A DNA stretch of 64,000 nt from an uncultured virus (IMG/VR IMGVR_UViG_3300043466_001742). Taxonomy: Duplodnaviria > Heunggongvirae > Uroviricota > Caudoviricetes. Where the stretch lies: IMG/VR virus record IMGVR_UViG_3300043466_001742, positions 1 to 64,000 of that record. The stretch is one strand, 5' to 3'. How positions within the stretch are numbered: the stretch's first letter is position 1; each line of letters opens with the position of its first letter. This document shows, in pieces, positions 21,519 to 32,589 of this stretch. The notes under the pieces were generated by a model. That model had not been told where the DNA came from and did not search any database. It saw only the letters and a program-made list of their open reading frames with translations. The position numbers and the translations under genes are program-made.

Positions 21519-24500
21519 TGGCTTTAAAGAAATATACATGTCCCCCACAAACAGCATCTGGCGCTGGAACATTTTCAGACAATTTGGTAGGATTCCAACT
21601 TGTTGATGGGGGAGGTTTTACCCAAGGTAATTTTGAATTTACCGAAAATCTTAACGAAAAACAAAATAGGAATTTTAATATTGGGACATTTTCTGACCCA
21701 ATAAATTTGGATACATTAAATATTGAAAGTGTAACACAATCAAGGTTAATACAAGCAAATAATTTTAGAGTTTATCCAAATTTTGATTTATCACAAGTAA
21801 CAAATTTTACTCTTTATGGTTCATTAGTAAAAAGAGTATCAGCGTCAATTACAAATATAATTAACTTCTTTCCAGCAGGACTTGAAGCATTATCAATTGC
21901 TGGTGATTTTACGACAAATCAAACTGCACAGAATATCGTATATGACCAAGTTGAAGATATTACAAACTTTGAAATTCCTTTAACTGTAATAAGAAATCCA
22001 TTTGATATTGATTATACCACAAACGCAACAAGAAATCTTGAAGTAAGTGATGTTGTTGTATCACCATTAAGAAATTTTACAAAAAATTTCCAGAGCTATG
22101 TTGTTTATGTTGATGATAGTCCATATAAAATAATTGGGTTTTCACCAACTAGTTCAAATTCAACAGTTCTTGAATTATCGGTAGAAGGGAATCCTTTTTC
22201 CGGGAACCAAACATCATTTCAACAAATTGTAGTAAGACCAAGTGATTATTATGTTTCAAAGGTTTTTAATGAAGATTTTGATGAAGTTGAAAAATTTTTA
22301 CTTGATAGGAGTTCTGTCCCACAATATACCGCAAAATTTGTTATATCGGTTGAAGATGAAGATGGAACATATTATCTTACAAATCAAAATTTAACATTTC
22401 CAAAAAACGGTGTTTGGAACCTAGACATCACATCATCATCTTTTGATGCTTATCTAACACAATTAAATGAATTTGCCACAAGTTTGGATAGATATAGAAC
22501 CAATCTTGTTTCAAGGTTTTTAACAACTGGGGCGTTTAAAGAATTTGATACTGATGATCAAAAAATGGAAAAAGTCCTACAAATATATGGTAGGAGTTTT
22601 GATGAATCTATGAAATTCATATTGGCATTACCAAATATGAATAATGTCCATTATATTGTAAAAAATGATATACCATCACAATTATTAAAAAATCTTGCTC
22701 AAACATTGGGGTGGAATACAAATATTTCACCAATTACAGAACAAAATTTATTGGATTCTGTATTTTCAAACGGGTCAAATCAATTTTCCGGTGTTGGGAT
22801 TGGACAAACACCAGAAGAATTAAATTACCAATATTATAGGAACTTAATATTAAATTCGGCATATCTTTTTAAATCAAAGGGAACAAGAAAATCCATTGAA
22901 ATTTTACTTAGGTTAATTGGAGCACCAGAAGCTTTAGTTGAATTTAATGAATATATCTATGTTGCGGATCAAAAAATAAGTATAGATGATTTTGATAAGC
23001 AATATAGTTTAATTTCAGGTGGAACATATAATCAAGAATTACCAGTTCTTGATACAACAGATGTCTATTCAGTAATGGGAAAAACATATACCGGTATTAC
23101 AACACAAACAATATCATCAAATGTTGATTCGGTTATTGAAGACTATCCACTTGACGATGATGGTTACCCAAGTATGCCACAAGTAAGTGATTCGTTTTAT
23201 TATCAAATAGGAGGTGGATGGTTTGAATCGACACCAAAACATAGAATGCCAGAAAAGGTTGATTCAACAAATAGCGTATTTACAGGTTCAAATCAAGATT
23301 TTCAAACAACACTACTTCCATTTAATTACGGAGAACAATACCTCCAAAGATATAGAAAGTTTCCATATATGGATTTGGGGTATAGATTGAGAAGAACCGT
23401 AGATAATAAAAAAAGTTGGACGGACGAAGAATCAACATTAAGACAAAGTTTTGATGGTAATTTTAATGCGTATTATGAAGTTGGTGATGAAAGATTAACA
23501 ATCAATGTTAAAAATGTTGATATACACATGAACCCAGCCCAAGGGTTGGTTTATGATGTTTGGAATATGTCAAGAATTTACAACTATCCAATACCAAACG
23601 AAGGGTTACACTATGTTGAACCAACTTGTTGTAATCCAAACCCAAACACACCATATCCTATGAGAGGTGGTATAGATTGGACAGAAATCGTCCCAAAACC
23701 AAAACAAAAAACATTTTTTGAATTTGCCCAGACTTTCTGGAGAAATATGATAAATGTAAGAAATAGACAATATATAACTGATGGAAAAACTGGGGGTTAC
23801 CCAACATTACAGTCAATTTATTGGAAATATTTGGAATCAGAACAAACAATTAACATTCCAAATGATAATTTCACATACCAAACAATGATTGATTATGTTC
23901 ACGGACTAGGTGATTATTGGATTAGACTTATTGAACAAATGGTTCCAGCAACAACAATCTGGAATACCGGAGTTAAATATGAAAACTCAATTTTTCATAG
24001 ACAAAAATTTGTGTGGAGAAGACAAGCTGGTTGTCAAATTATTCCAGTTCCTTGTAAGCCTTGTTCTCTTGTCGGACAATTATTTGCATATGATTGTCCA
24101 GTTCAATCTGTTGAATGTCCATTATATCCTTGGGGTTCAAATCCTGCAATAAATTCTTTTGGTGTTGTTTTAATGAATGTTATAGAATCATATTTAGTGA
24201 CAAATGGTTACGATCTAACAAATGATTGTGTTTTAAATTCAATTACCACTAATTGGTTTGTTGATGTAAGACTAAATAATAGTGTAGTAGCATCTGTTCC
24301 ATTTTTTAGTGGTACAGGGTATTTGGTTGAAGGTCTTAGTTTCCCAACACCTAACAAATGGATTGAAGGGGTTAATAGTTCAAGTGATGAACTACAACTT
24401 TATGGATTAAGTTTTATAATTAATCAAAATAGTGGGAAAATTGTAATATATAGTAATAATTGTATTCCACTAAATATGAATAATAATTTGGAATTCAATG

Positions 24501-24535
24501 TAGGGATAAATTTTAAAATATTGTGTAACGGATAA
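21518..24535 (+). CDS. Baseplate wedge protein, gp7/P2-gpI-like
   Basis: LKNLAQTLGW...YLFKSKGTRKSIEILLRLIG resembles the gpI/gp7 core. Confidence 0.65.
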   Translation: MALKKYTCPPQTASGAGTFSDNLVGFQLVDGGGFTQGNFEFTENLNEKQNRNFNIGTFSDPINLDTLNIESVTQSRLIQANNFRVYPNFDLSQVTNFTLYGSLVKRVSASITNIINFFPAGLEALSIAGDFTTNQTAQNIVYDQVEDITNFEIPLTVIRNPFDIDYTTNATRNLEVSDVVVSPLRNFTKNFQSYVVYVDDSPYKIIGFSPTSSNSTVLELSVEGNPFSGNQTSFQQIVVRPSDYYVSKVFNEDFDEVEKFLLDRSSVPQYTAKFVISVEDEDGTYYLTNQNLTFPKNGVWNLDITSSSFDAYLTQLNEFATSLDRYRTNLVSRFLTTGAFKEFDTDDQKMEKVLQIYGRSFDESMKFILALPNMNNVHYIVKNDIPSQLLKNLAQTLGWNTNISPITEQNLLDSVFSNGSNQFSGVGIGQTPEELNYQYYRNLILNSAYLFKSKGTRKSIEILLRLIGAPEALVEFNEYIYVADQKISIDDFDKQYSLISGGTYNQELPVLDTTDVYSVMGKTYTGITTQTISSNVDSVIEDYPLDDDGYPSMPQVSDSFYYQIGGGWFESTPKHRMPEKVDSTNSVFTGSNQDFQTTLLPFNYGEQYLQRYRKFPYMDLGYRLRRTVDNKKSWTDEESTLRQSFDGNFNAYYEVGDERLTINVKNVDIHMNPAQGLVYDVWNMSRIYNYPIPNEGLHYVEPTCCNPNPNTPYPMRGGIDWTEIVPKPKQKTFFEFAQTFWRNMINVRNRQYITDGKTGGYPTLQSIYWKYLESEQTINIPNDNFTYQTMIDYVHGLGDYWIRLIEQMVPATTIWNTGVKYENSIFHRQKFVWRRQAGCQIIPVPCKPCSLVGQLFAYDCPVQSVECPLYPWGSNPAINSFGVVLMNVIESYLVTNGYDLTNDCVLNSITTNWFVDVRLNNSVVASVPFFSGTGYLVEGLSFPTPNKWIEGVNSSSDELQLYGLSFIINQNSGKIVIYSNNCIPLNMNNNLEFNVGINFKILCNG

Positions 24536-27500
24536 TGGGTGTAATAACAATAAATAATTATTCTATAACTGGGGATTGTACTAATTCCGGTCTTGGGCAA
24601 GTATTTTTTAATATTACTGGTGATAGTCCGGGTTGGGCGGTTAGCGAAATCTCAACAAGTGGGTTATTACCAACATCAGCAACAACAAGTGTATATCGGG
24701 TTAATAATTTACCGGCTGGTAGTTATTTTGTTGAAATTACAGATTCGGCTTTTGATAGTGAAATAGTTCCGGTATATATATCATCTGGAACTTGTGTTTC
24801 ACTAAATGTTGAAGGAACTTTTTGTGGTGCAAATAACGGATCAATTACAGCAACAACACAGAGTATATATGGCTCAGCCGATTTTTATTTATATAATATA
24901 TCAAATAATTTATATGATTCGGCAACTGGGGTTCCAAATAATTACATATTTAACGGACTATCGGCCGACACCTATTATGTTGTTGCAAATGATGGTGGTG
25001 GTTGTTCTGGAAGATCGGAATCTTGTATTATATATTCATCAACACCGATAAATTATGGGTTTTATGTTGTAAATGATGCCAATTGTGTTTCTGCGGCTGG
25101 TAATGGAAAAATATTCATAACTGGTTTAACTGGAAACGCACCATTTACATATTTGTGGTCTAATGGTGAAACTTCATCATCGGTAGAAAACTTATTACCT
25201 GGTGTATATTCGGTTACAGTAACCGATTCAAAAGGGTGTGAGTTAATTAAAACAGTAACAGTTAATAATGTTCCACCAATTAAATTTGGTTCTTTTATTA
25301 CAACACCACCAAGTTGTTTTACAAATAACGGTGAAGTTAGTGTTACGGTTGTTGATGGTACAGCACCATATTATTTTAGTGGTAGCAACGGTCAGACAAT
25401 CGTTACTTATTCGCAAACATATACTTTCACAAATTTAAACCCAGGAAATTTTTCAGTTTTCGTTCAAGATGCCGGTCTTTGTAGTATTACAAACTCAACC
25501 ACATTATCAACACCAAACTCATTTTTTGTAACATCAGTAAATACTGTAAATTCAAGTTGTGGTAATAATGGTAGTGTTAATATTGTTTTAAATAATGGTG
25601 TTGCTGGAGGAACTTTTATATACACACTGACAGATTCTCTTGGTAATACGAATTCACAAACAACAACACTTGTTAATTTTTCATTTAATAATTTAGCATC
25701 GGGGACATATACCTTAACAATTACAGATGGGACTTGTACATATACAAAGACGATTACAATAACAAATATTATTTTATTTACAATATCGGCAGCCACAACC
25801 GGAACAACTTGTGGTCTTAATAATGGTTCTGTAAAGATTACAGCAAGTCCTGGTGGTGCATTACCATACACATATCAAATTACTGGTCAACCACCATCAT
25901 CACAAACACAATTCAACAACCTAGCATCCGGAACATATACCGCAACAGTAACAGATAATAATGGTTGTTCACAAACAAAAACATTTAATATATCACCATC
26001 AAGTGGTGTGTTTTTTGATTTTTTAGTAACACAACCAACAACTGGTAATAATGGTGAAATTGAAGTTTTAATATATAATGGTGAACCAACATTTACATAT
26101 TCTTGGAGCCCAAATGTGGGTTCTCAAACTGGGCTTTTAGTTACCGGTTTATCACCAGGTGTTTATACCTTACAAGTTACCGATAGTAAAGGTTGTTCGT
26201 ATTCCAAATCAACAACATTACAAGGAACAAGTTTGGTGTCATCATATCAAGTTTTTAATATTTGTGATTCAAACTTCCAAAGTCTCGGTATATCAGGGAA
26301 AAGAGGAATATTTCAAATGTATAATGAAGGTTATTATGATTTAACTTTTGATTATACAGATTGTATATTAAATGATGCTCAATTTATATTAGAAGTAACT
26401 GTTGATGGCGACTTGGAAACAGTTCCTTTTTACACATCAAACGGTTTAAATGATTATCCTTCAGATCAAGACTGGATCACAATTCTTGTTGACACATTGG
26501 AAGGTTTTGAAGGGATAGGTGAAGTTATTATTGATGAAACTAAAAACACAATACAAATATTTACGAATTGTATTAGTGGTACAGATTGTAACCCAAGTAA
26601 TGTAAATTTACTATCTGACGCAAAAGTAATTGTTAATTTGGTGATAGAATATGACATTTCTTGTCTTTATTGTGGACCAATACCAACTCCTACACCAACT
26701 CCTACACCAACTCCTACACCAACTCCTACACCAATTCCACCATTACCAAATACAACTGATGTATATGCTTATATAGATATAACATCAGGACCCTATGCCT
26801 TTAATTGTGCTACTCGGAATAAACTCGTATTAGCTCAAAGTATTTCACAATGGTTTAGTAATTATCAATTAGCAAATCCAAATTATACTGGTAATTTATA
26901 TTTATTTGAATATCTTCAACCAGAAGATTATTTAGGGCTTCCTAGAAGTATTAAATTAGGTACAAAACCTTCTTATGCTAATACTATAACATGGTTAAAT
27001 CCTGCCGATGGTACAACCATAGGAGCAGTAATTCCTCCAAATTGGAATACACCAAGTTGGGTTGCACCAACTTCAATTTTATTTATTGCATTTGTTAATG
27101 AAAGTGACAGTAGGTATCACGGATCAGATTTACCTCCTTCATTAACAAATGAAGTACTACAACCAACAGCAAATCCTTTTCCTGATGGTGGATGGACTTA
27201 TGATCATGCAAATTTTGTAAGTGATTATAATACTCATTGGGATTATTTTAAAGGAGTAATTTATCCAGCAAATGATTTAGCTAGTAGTGCTAAAAACTTT
27301 TTACTTCACGCGTATGCTGCTACAACAAATAGTTCAAATATATCTTCAGCTGAATTATCTTCAGCTTTAGGTACAAACTTTGATGCTAGTTTTAATTCTA
27401 TAACATATCCTATAGCAAATGTTTATGTTTCACAAAATGTAGGTTTATGGAATTATGGTTGGAGTGCTATTTTAAATAAATCTGTAACTACTGATATTTG

Positions 27501-27576
27501 TGGTCCTGATGCAATTGATTTTACACCTCAAGAATTTGCAAATGACTTAAATAATATTCTATCAGGTGGTAATTAA
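24535..27576 (+). CDS. SprB-like repeat tail/adhesin protein with Pro-Thr linker
   Basis: Repeated C..NNG.I...G..P(Y/F)TY.WS...NL..G.Y...VTD..GC units, then a (PT)n linker and a distinct C-terminal domain. Confidence 0.75.
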   Translation: MGVITINNYSITGDCTNSGLGQVFFNITGDSPGWAVSEISTSGLLPTSATTSVYRVNNLPAGSYFVEITDSAFDSEIVPVYISSGTCVSLNVEGTFCGANNGSITATTQSIYGSADFYLYNISNNLYDSATGVPNNYIFNGLSADTYYVVANDGGGCSGRSESCIIYSSTPINYGFYVVNDANCVSAAGNGKIFITGLTGNAPFTYLWSNGETSSSVENLLPGVYSVTVTDSKGCELIKTVTVNNVPPIKFGSFITTPPSCFTNNGEVSVTVVDGTAPYYFSGSNGQTIVTYSQTYTFTNLNPGNFSVFVQDAGLCSITNSTTLSTPNSFFVTSVNTVNSSCGNNGSVNIVLNNGVAGGTFIYTLTDSLGNTNSQTTTLVNFSFNNLASGTYTLTITDGTCTYTKTITITNIILFTISAATTGTTCGLNNGSVKITASPGGALPYTYQITGQPPSSQTQFNNLASGTYTATVTDNNGCSQTKTFNISPSSGVFFDFLVTQPTTGNNGEIEVLIYNGEPTFTYSWSPNVGSQTGLLVTGLSPGVYTLQVTDSKGCSYSKSTTLQGTSLVSSYQVFNICDSNFQSLGISGKRGIFQMYNEGYYDLTFDYTDCILNDAQFILEVTVDGDLETVPFYTSNGLNDYPSDQDWITILVDTLEGFEGIGEVIIDETKNTIQIFTNCISGTDCNPSNVNLLSDAKVIVNLVIEYDISCLYCGPIPTPTPTPTPTPTPTPTPIPPLPNTTDVYAYIDITSGPYAFNCATRNKLVLAQSISQWFSNYQLANPNYTGNLYLFEYLQPEDYLGLPRSIKLGTKPSYANTITWLNPADGTTIGAVIPPNWNTPSWVAPTSILFIAFVNESDSRYHGSDLPPSLTNEVLQPTANPFPDGGWTYDHANFVSDYNTHWDYFKGVIYPANDLASSAKNFLLHAYAATTNSSNISSAELSSALGTNFDASFNSITYPIANVYVSQNVGLWNYGWSAILNKSVTTDICGPDAIDFTPQEFANDLNNILSGGN
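26683..26730 (+). repeat. Perfect 12-bp tandem repeat CCAACTCCTACA x4 (Pro-Thr linker)
   Basis: Read directly from the sequence. Confidence 0.9.
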
Positions 27577-27720
27577 GTTTGGACAACCCAAAACTTAATT
27601 GATACAACATATAATAACGGTGTTGCAATTCCTAAAGCGACAAATGATACAATATGGACTCTACTGACCACCATAATTTTAAAAATCAACCAATTCACTT
27701 TAAAATATTTCAAATTATAA
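27577..27720 (+). pseudogene. In-frame remnant of a FISUMP/Fib_succ_major domain after the stop codon
   Basis: GGN*VWTTQNLIDTTYNNGVAIPKATNDTIWTLLTT resembles the G-x-Q-V-W-x-x-x-N-L...Y-x-N-G-x-x-I-P start of that domain. Confidence 0.6.
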
Positions 27721-27792
27721 TTCCAATATGGAAAATATATTGTTATTTACCCAAAAAAACAAATAATTGATTATTTATAAGTAAAAGTTTAG

Positions 27793-29166
27793 ATGTCGGA
27801 AACAAATAGTAACACTGTTTTAAACACAACACCAAATCCGGTTCCAAATAACCCTATTGGTGTTTTAGGATTTGTTATACCAACACCTACACCAACACCT
27901 ACGATTGCTCCAGTTCCAAATAACCCTATTGATCCTATAAATGAATGTAGTGTTATTACAATATTTCCTATGGAAGTTGATTGTTTAACAACAAATCCAA
28001 CATATACAGACACATTTAACGGTTCAGCTTCTTTACAGATTACTGGTGGAACACCACCTTATCAAATAATTTGGGAAAATGGTAATGTTGGATCATCAAT
28101 AACAAATTTGGGTACTGGTTCATATAAAGCAACCGTGACAGACTCTTATGGCGATTTCACAATAATAACTACTTGTGTTTTGACAGCACCACCACGACCA
28201 TTACCACTACCTATGTGTATTACCACAATAATTGATGATGTTAAAACAATTTGTTCAATCTCAAGTAGTGGTTTTTATAAAGATAAACCATATTATCGAT
28301 TATTAGATACTAATTGTACAACACCAAAACCTTTTTATATATGGTGGAATGATATTACAACAAGATGGGTATTAACAAGTGCATTAGGTAGTGGTACACA
28401 ATATAATCATAATCTTAATCCTGGAAATTATCCTGAAACAACAACAACTTATAGTTGGATACAGAATAGTGGTTCGATTTATTTAATAACAAATTTAGGA
28501 AGTTGTCCTGAACCAATGTGTTTCACACTTAAAATTGAAGATGAATATGTATCATTTTCTAACAAATATCCAATTGGTAAATATAACGAAAAATGGTATT
28601 ATGGGCTTGGTGATGATTTAACACCAGAGTTTTATGTATGGTGGAACAGTGGAACAACAAGATGGGTATTATCAGACATAATAAACGGAGGAACAACATA
28701 TGCGACCCTTCAAAACCCCGGAAATTACCCAGAAGCAACAAATACAAGTATATGGACAGGTAGCACTGAAGTAATCTCAAATCTAGGAAGTTGTCCTAAA
28801 CCAATGTGTTTTACCTATAGTATATCTGGAAACACTATAGGTTGTTCACCAAAGTATCCATTAGGTAAGTATAATGGTAAGTGGTTTTATCAATTAACTG
28901 AAAGTGATTGCACTACCCCAGTAAATTATTATGTCTATTGGAATAACACAACACCAAGGTGGGAAGTAAGTTCAAATATAGGTTCTGGTACTTTACACTC
29001 ATATCTTAATAATAACTATGATTATCCAGCGACTATAGGAACTAGTACTTGGACAAATGTAAATGAGTCATTATTTCAAATGTTTGTTTCTTTTGACGAT
29101 CTTGAAACATGTCTTAAATATGCTGAAGCCGTTGGTCTAACTCAAAATGCTGCCGTACCCGCATAA
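27793..29166 (+). CDS. Virion surface protein: PT linker, one SprB-like repeat and three Cys/Trp repeats
   Basis: ITGGTPPYQIIWENG...VTDSYG, then three WWN..TTRW..GSG..NPGNYP-type units. Confidence 0.7.
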   Translation: MSETNSNTVLNTTPNPVPNNPIGVLGFVIPTPTPTPTIAPVPNNPIDPINECSVITIFPMEVDCLTTNPTYTDTFNGSASLQITGGTPPYQIIWENGNVGSSITNLGTGSYKATVTDSYGDFTIITTCVLTAPPRPLPLPMCITTIIDDVKTICSISSSGFYKDKPYYRLLDTNCTTPKPFYIWWNDITTRWVLTSALGSGTQYNHNLNPGNYPETTTTYSWIQNSGSIYLITNLGSCPEPMCFTLKIEDEYVSFSNKYPIGKYNEKWYYGLGDDLTPEFYVWWNSGTTRWVLSDIINGGTTYATLQNPGNYPEATNTSIWTGSTEVISNLGSCPKPMCFTYSISGNTIGCSPKYPLGKYNGKWFYQLTESDCTTPVNYYVYWNNTTPRWEVSSNIGSGTLHSYLNNNYDYPATIGTSTWTNVNESLFQMFVSFDDLETCLKYAEAVGLTQNAAVPA

Positions 29167-29184
29167 AAAAATTAAAATAATTAA

Positions 29185-29871
29185 ATGCAATTAGGTTTTA
29201 ATATTACAAAAAATGATAGTGATTGTAGAGACAATGGATCAATCATTATATTACCATATGGTGGAATGCCACCGTATAGTTATTCATTAGATAGAGGAAT
29301 TACAACGCAACAAAACCCTATATTTCAAAATTTACCTAGTGGAATATATTCGGTAAGTATTATTGATAATAATCAAGAAATTAAAACACAAAATGTCGTA
29401 ATAAACCAAACAATAAAAAACACGGTATATGTTGTAAATTTAATTAAAAATGGTAATAATTTTAATGTTAATATCACACCTTCTTTACCAAATGGTGTGT
29501 TAATTGAATTTAGTTTAATTTTTAAAAATGATTTTACTAGAGCTCCACAAGAAAATTCTGCAACAAATACAATAACAACAAGTGTAATTGTTGATGGAAA
29601 CCAAATTATAAACCCATTACCAATAACCAATAACTCAAGTAGTTTTAATTCTTGTGATAATGGTAATTACTATATTACAAATGATACTTATACTTGGAAT
29701 ATAACTATGGGATCAACAACAACAGTAAGCGGAACAATTTTAAGTAATTTATCACCAAATTTACCAAAAACTGACTGTTATTTTGGAACAATAGAAACAA
29801 AAACATACATAGATAATTTAAAAATATTAGGTTGTGATTGTTGTTCAACACTAATTCAACAAGTGGGTTGA
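29185..29871 (+). CDS. SprB-like repeat protein
   Basis: CRDNGSI...GGMPPYSYSLD...FQNLPSGIYSVSIID. Confidence 0.65.
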   Translation: MQLGFNITKNDSDCRDNGSIIILPYGGMPPYSYSLDRGITTQQNPIFQNLPSGIYSVSIIDNNQEIKTQNVVINQTIKNTVYVVNLIKNGNNFNVNITPSLPNGVLIEFSLIFKNDFTRAPQENSATNTITTSVIVDGNQIINPLPITNNSSSFNSCDNGNYYITNDTYTWNITMGSTTTVSGTILSNLSPNLPKTDCYFGTIETKTYIDNLKILGCDCCSTLIQQVG

Positions 29872-29937
29872 TTTGAATAATAGATATAAAACACAAATTT
29901 AGTTTCATAAATTATCAAATAGAATATTTATTAACAA

Positions 29938-32538
29938 ATGAGTTATATACTTAAAAATACATCAGGATTAGTCAATACAAGAGTTACCGATACTGGAAGA
30001 CAAAAACTTTCACAAGGTAATTTTAAAATATCTTATTTCCAAATTGGTGACAGTGAAGTTTCATACAATAAAACACCAACTGGATATAACCAAACAAAAA
30101 CAAATATATTAGAACCCCCATTTAATACTCAAAACACCGCCGGTGTTCCACAATCAAATAAACAAAGTGTTAAATACCCTTATTTTGTTGATGGTGGCGC
30201 TGGAAATACATATGGAATTCCATTTATGGATTCGGTTGTTGAACCAGTTTATAATAGAGCGGCAATGCGAGGATTTTTTAGTGGAGATACTACAACACCA
30301 ACAACAGATTGGAGTGTATTAACAAACGACAAGTATGTTATATCATCAAATTTTGTTGTTGATATGACAACATTAAATGGGACAAACACAATAAATTTAA
30401 TATATTCTGGTTGTAATATATATAATTTTAAAGAACCTTCTATTGGTGATATTATAACAATATATTATGATGGTAATGGTGGTAATAATTGTTCTTGTAG
30501 TGATTATCCACCTCAACCAACTCCAACACCCACACCAACACCGGGATTAACAGTAACACCCACACCAACACCGGGACCAACTGAAGATCCTTGTGCGACA
30601 CCTACACCGACACCTACACCAACGGCAACACCTTGTCCACCACCAGAACCAACCGCATTATGTCCTCAACCACCAGATGCTAAATGTGGTATGAGTTTTA
30701 ATTCTTGTTATCCAATTTTAACTTATAAGATTGTTGGTGTTTGTCAAAACGAAATAACATTAGATAGAGCAACACCTAATTTTACATTATCTGGTTCTAG
30801 TTGTTATGGAAGAGCAATCATTTATCCACCAACAATGACATCACTTTATGATAGTATAACACCAAGACCTCATTGGTCTAGTGATGTGATTAATTTTGAA
30901 TCGGTTTGTGATATAGATCAATTTGATGTTAAAATTTGGAATATGAACATTCCTTGGACAGAAACACCAGCAGGTATTAACACAATATCATATGAAGGAT
31001 ATGATAAATTTGGATCTGTTGATTACATTGGAACAAAAGAATATTTTGGATATAACTCAAGTTTAGGTCAAACAGACACAGATTATGTCTATTATTATAA
31101 TTCATTTGATGAAATTGTTGAGGTAAAACCAGAAGAACAGAAAGCAATTGCGATTATTCACTATACAAACCAAACAATAGATTTTTTCTACGGTGAAAAA
31201 TTTGCATTACAACCATATAATCCATCAAATCCGGATGATACTACTGGTCAAGCTAGGAATTTTAAGCTACACATTCCTTGGTTAATGTGGCACAAAAATC
31301 CTGAATGTTGTAATGGTGAGACATTTTGGGTTGATCCACCGAATTTTGAAGAACTTGATTTATTCCAAGTTCAATATATTAAGTCAAATAAGAATGACAA
31401 TATGAATCAACCAGGAATTCGTTATTATCATTTGTGGGATACACATGCGAATTCAAACGGAATACCAAGTAGAATTGGTAAGGTATTTCCGGATAGTAAA
31501 TTGGTTATTATTGACGATGAAGAAATTATTGCGGCAATGTCATACAAATCAAATAGAAACTGGACATTACCAGCACCACAACTTTCCTTAATCACACCAA
31601 ATACTTGTGGAGTTGAGTCTCAATCAACTGATGGTGTTATGTCAAGTGCTAATGAAACTATGTATGTCACTTATAGATTTACAAATCAAAACACTTTCAC
31701 AAATTCATTACATTCAAACTATTATCCAAAAATTGTTGGAAATAATAATATATGTAATCCAGAAACTTCAAAAAATGTTGCGGTAAGATTTGGACCAGAA
31801 TTTTCTTGTTTAAATTATCAAGAACAACCACCAATTGAAGATACTTGTTTTATTTTAACTGAAGAATTAGACATAACAATAACAGAAAATGATGACGATC
31901 TTATTTGGTGTGATGATTCAATTTTATTAACAAAAGATAATACACCGGAATTAAAAGAAACATATCTGAACACAAGTGGTCCAATGAAAACAAGCGACCC
32001 TATTACTGATTGCGATGTAAAACCCGGTTTCTTTGCAACAAACTTTGAAATTATTGCTCAAAAAGTTACAACTGGTAATAGACCGCAACCAAATGCTTGG
32101 AAAATCATTGATTTCACAGATTATATTTCCGCAACAACAGTAAATGGATATATAACACAAGAAGGTTTAACTGGAACAACATTTGTAATTACAAAAGAAT
32201 TATATAATAGTGCCCCAATATATAATCTTGGTGATTATATTGAACTTACACCACAAGGAAATACAGCACCAGATTTAAATTTCGGTGATGAGTATTATTT
32301 CTATGGTTCTTTGGAAACGGATATTCAAGCGACGATATATGAAATGAATTATAAGATAGTTTTAAATTCTAATGAATTCAAAAATACATCAAACCCAACT
32401 TGGACTACTGGTAATCAATCATATGTTAGTGAGATTGCATTACTTGATGATAATAAAGATATTCTTGTAATGTCAAAACTCCAATCACCGGTTTTAAGAC
32501 AAGGTATTCAACAATTTGTAGTCAAATTGGACTTCTAA
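29938..32538 (+). CDS. Putative baseplate/tail-attachment protein with PT linker
   Basis: N-terminal TDTGRQKLSQG..ISYFQIGDSE and C-terminal SEIALLDDNKDILVMSKL resemble tail-fibre attachment folds. Confidence 0.6.
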   Translation: MSYILKNTSGLVNTRVTDTGRQKLSQGNFKISYFQIGDSEVSYNKTPTGYNQTKTNILEPPFNTQNTAGVPQSNKQSVKYPYFVDGGAGNTYGIPFMDSVVEPVYNRAAMRGFFSGDTTTPTTDWSVLTNDKYVISSNFVVDMTTLNGTNTINLIYSGCNIYNFKEPSIGDIITIYYDGNGGNNCSCSDYPPQPTPTPTPTPGLTVTPTPTPGPTEDPCATPTPTPTPTATPCPPPEPTALCPQPPDAKCGMSFNSCYPILTYKIVGVCQNEITLDRATPNFTLSGSSCYGRAIIYPPTMTSLYDSITPRPHWSSDVINFESVCDIDQFDVKIWNMNIPWTETPAGINTISYEGYDKFGSVDYIGTKEYFGYNSSLGQTDTDYVYYYNSFDEIVEVKPEEQKAIAIIHYTNQTIDFFYGEKFALQPYNPSNPDDTTGQARNFKLHIPWLMWHKNPECCNGETFWVDPPNFEELDLFQVQYIKSNKNDNMNQPGIRYYHLWDTHANSNGIPSRIGKVFPDSKLVIIDDEEIIAAMSYKSNRNWTLPAPQLSLITPNTCGVESQSTDGVMSSANETMYVTYRFTNQNTFTNSLHSNYYPKIVGNNNICNPETSKNVAVRFGPEFSCLNYQEQPPIEDTCFILTEELDITITENDDDLIWCDDSILLTKDNTPELKETYLNTSGPMKTSDPITDCDVKPGFFATNFEIIAQKVTTGNRPQPNAWKIIDFTDYISATTVNGYITQEGLTGTTFVITKELYNSAPIYNLGDYIELTPQGNTAPDLNFGDEYYFYGSLETDIQATIYEMNYKIVLNSNEFKNTSNPTWTTGNQSYVSEIALLDDNKDILVMSKLQSPVLRQGIQQFVVKLDF

Positions 32539-32589
32539 TATTCATTTTATTTCTTTTTATGTTAGAATTTAATCATAAACTATAACTTT

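Noticed and set aside
27574..27720. Programmed stop-codon readthrough into the FISUMP domain
   Set aside because: The downstream similarity ends after about 32 residues, so readthrough could not give a full domain. A remnant is more likely.
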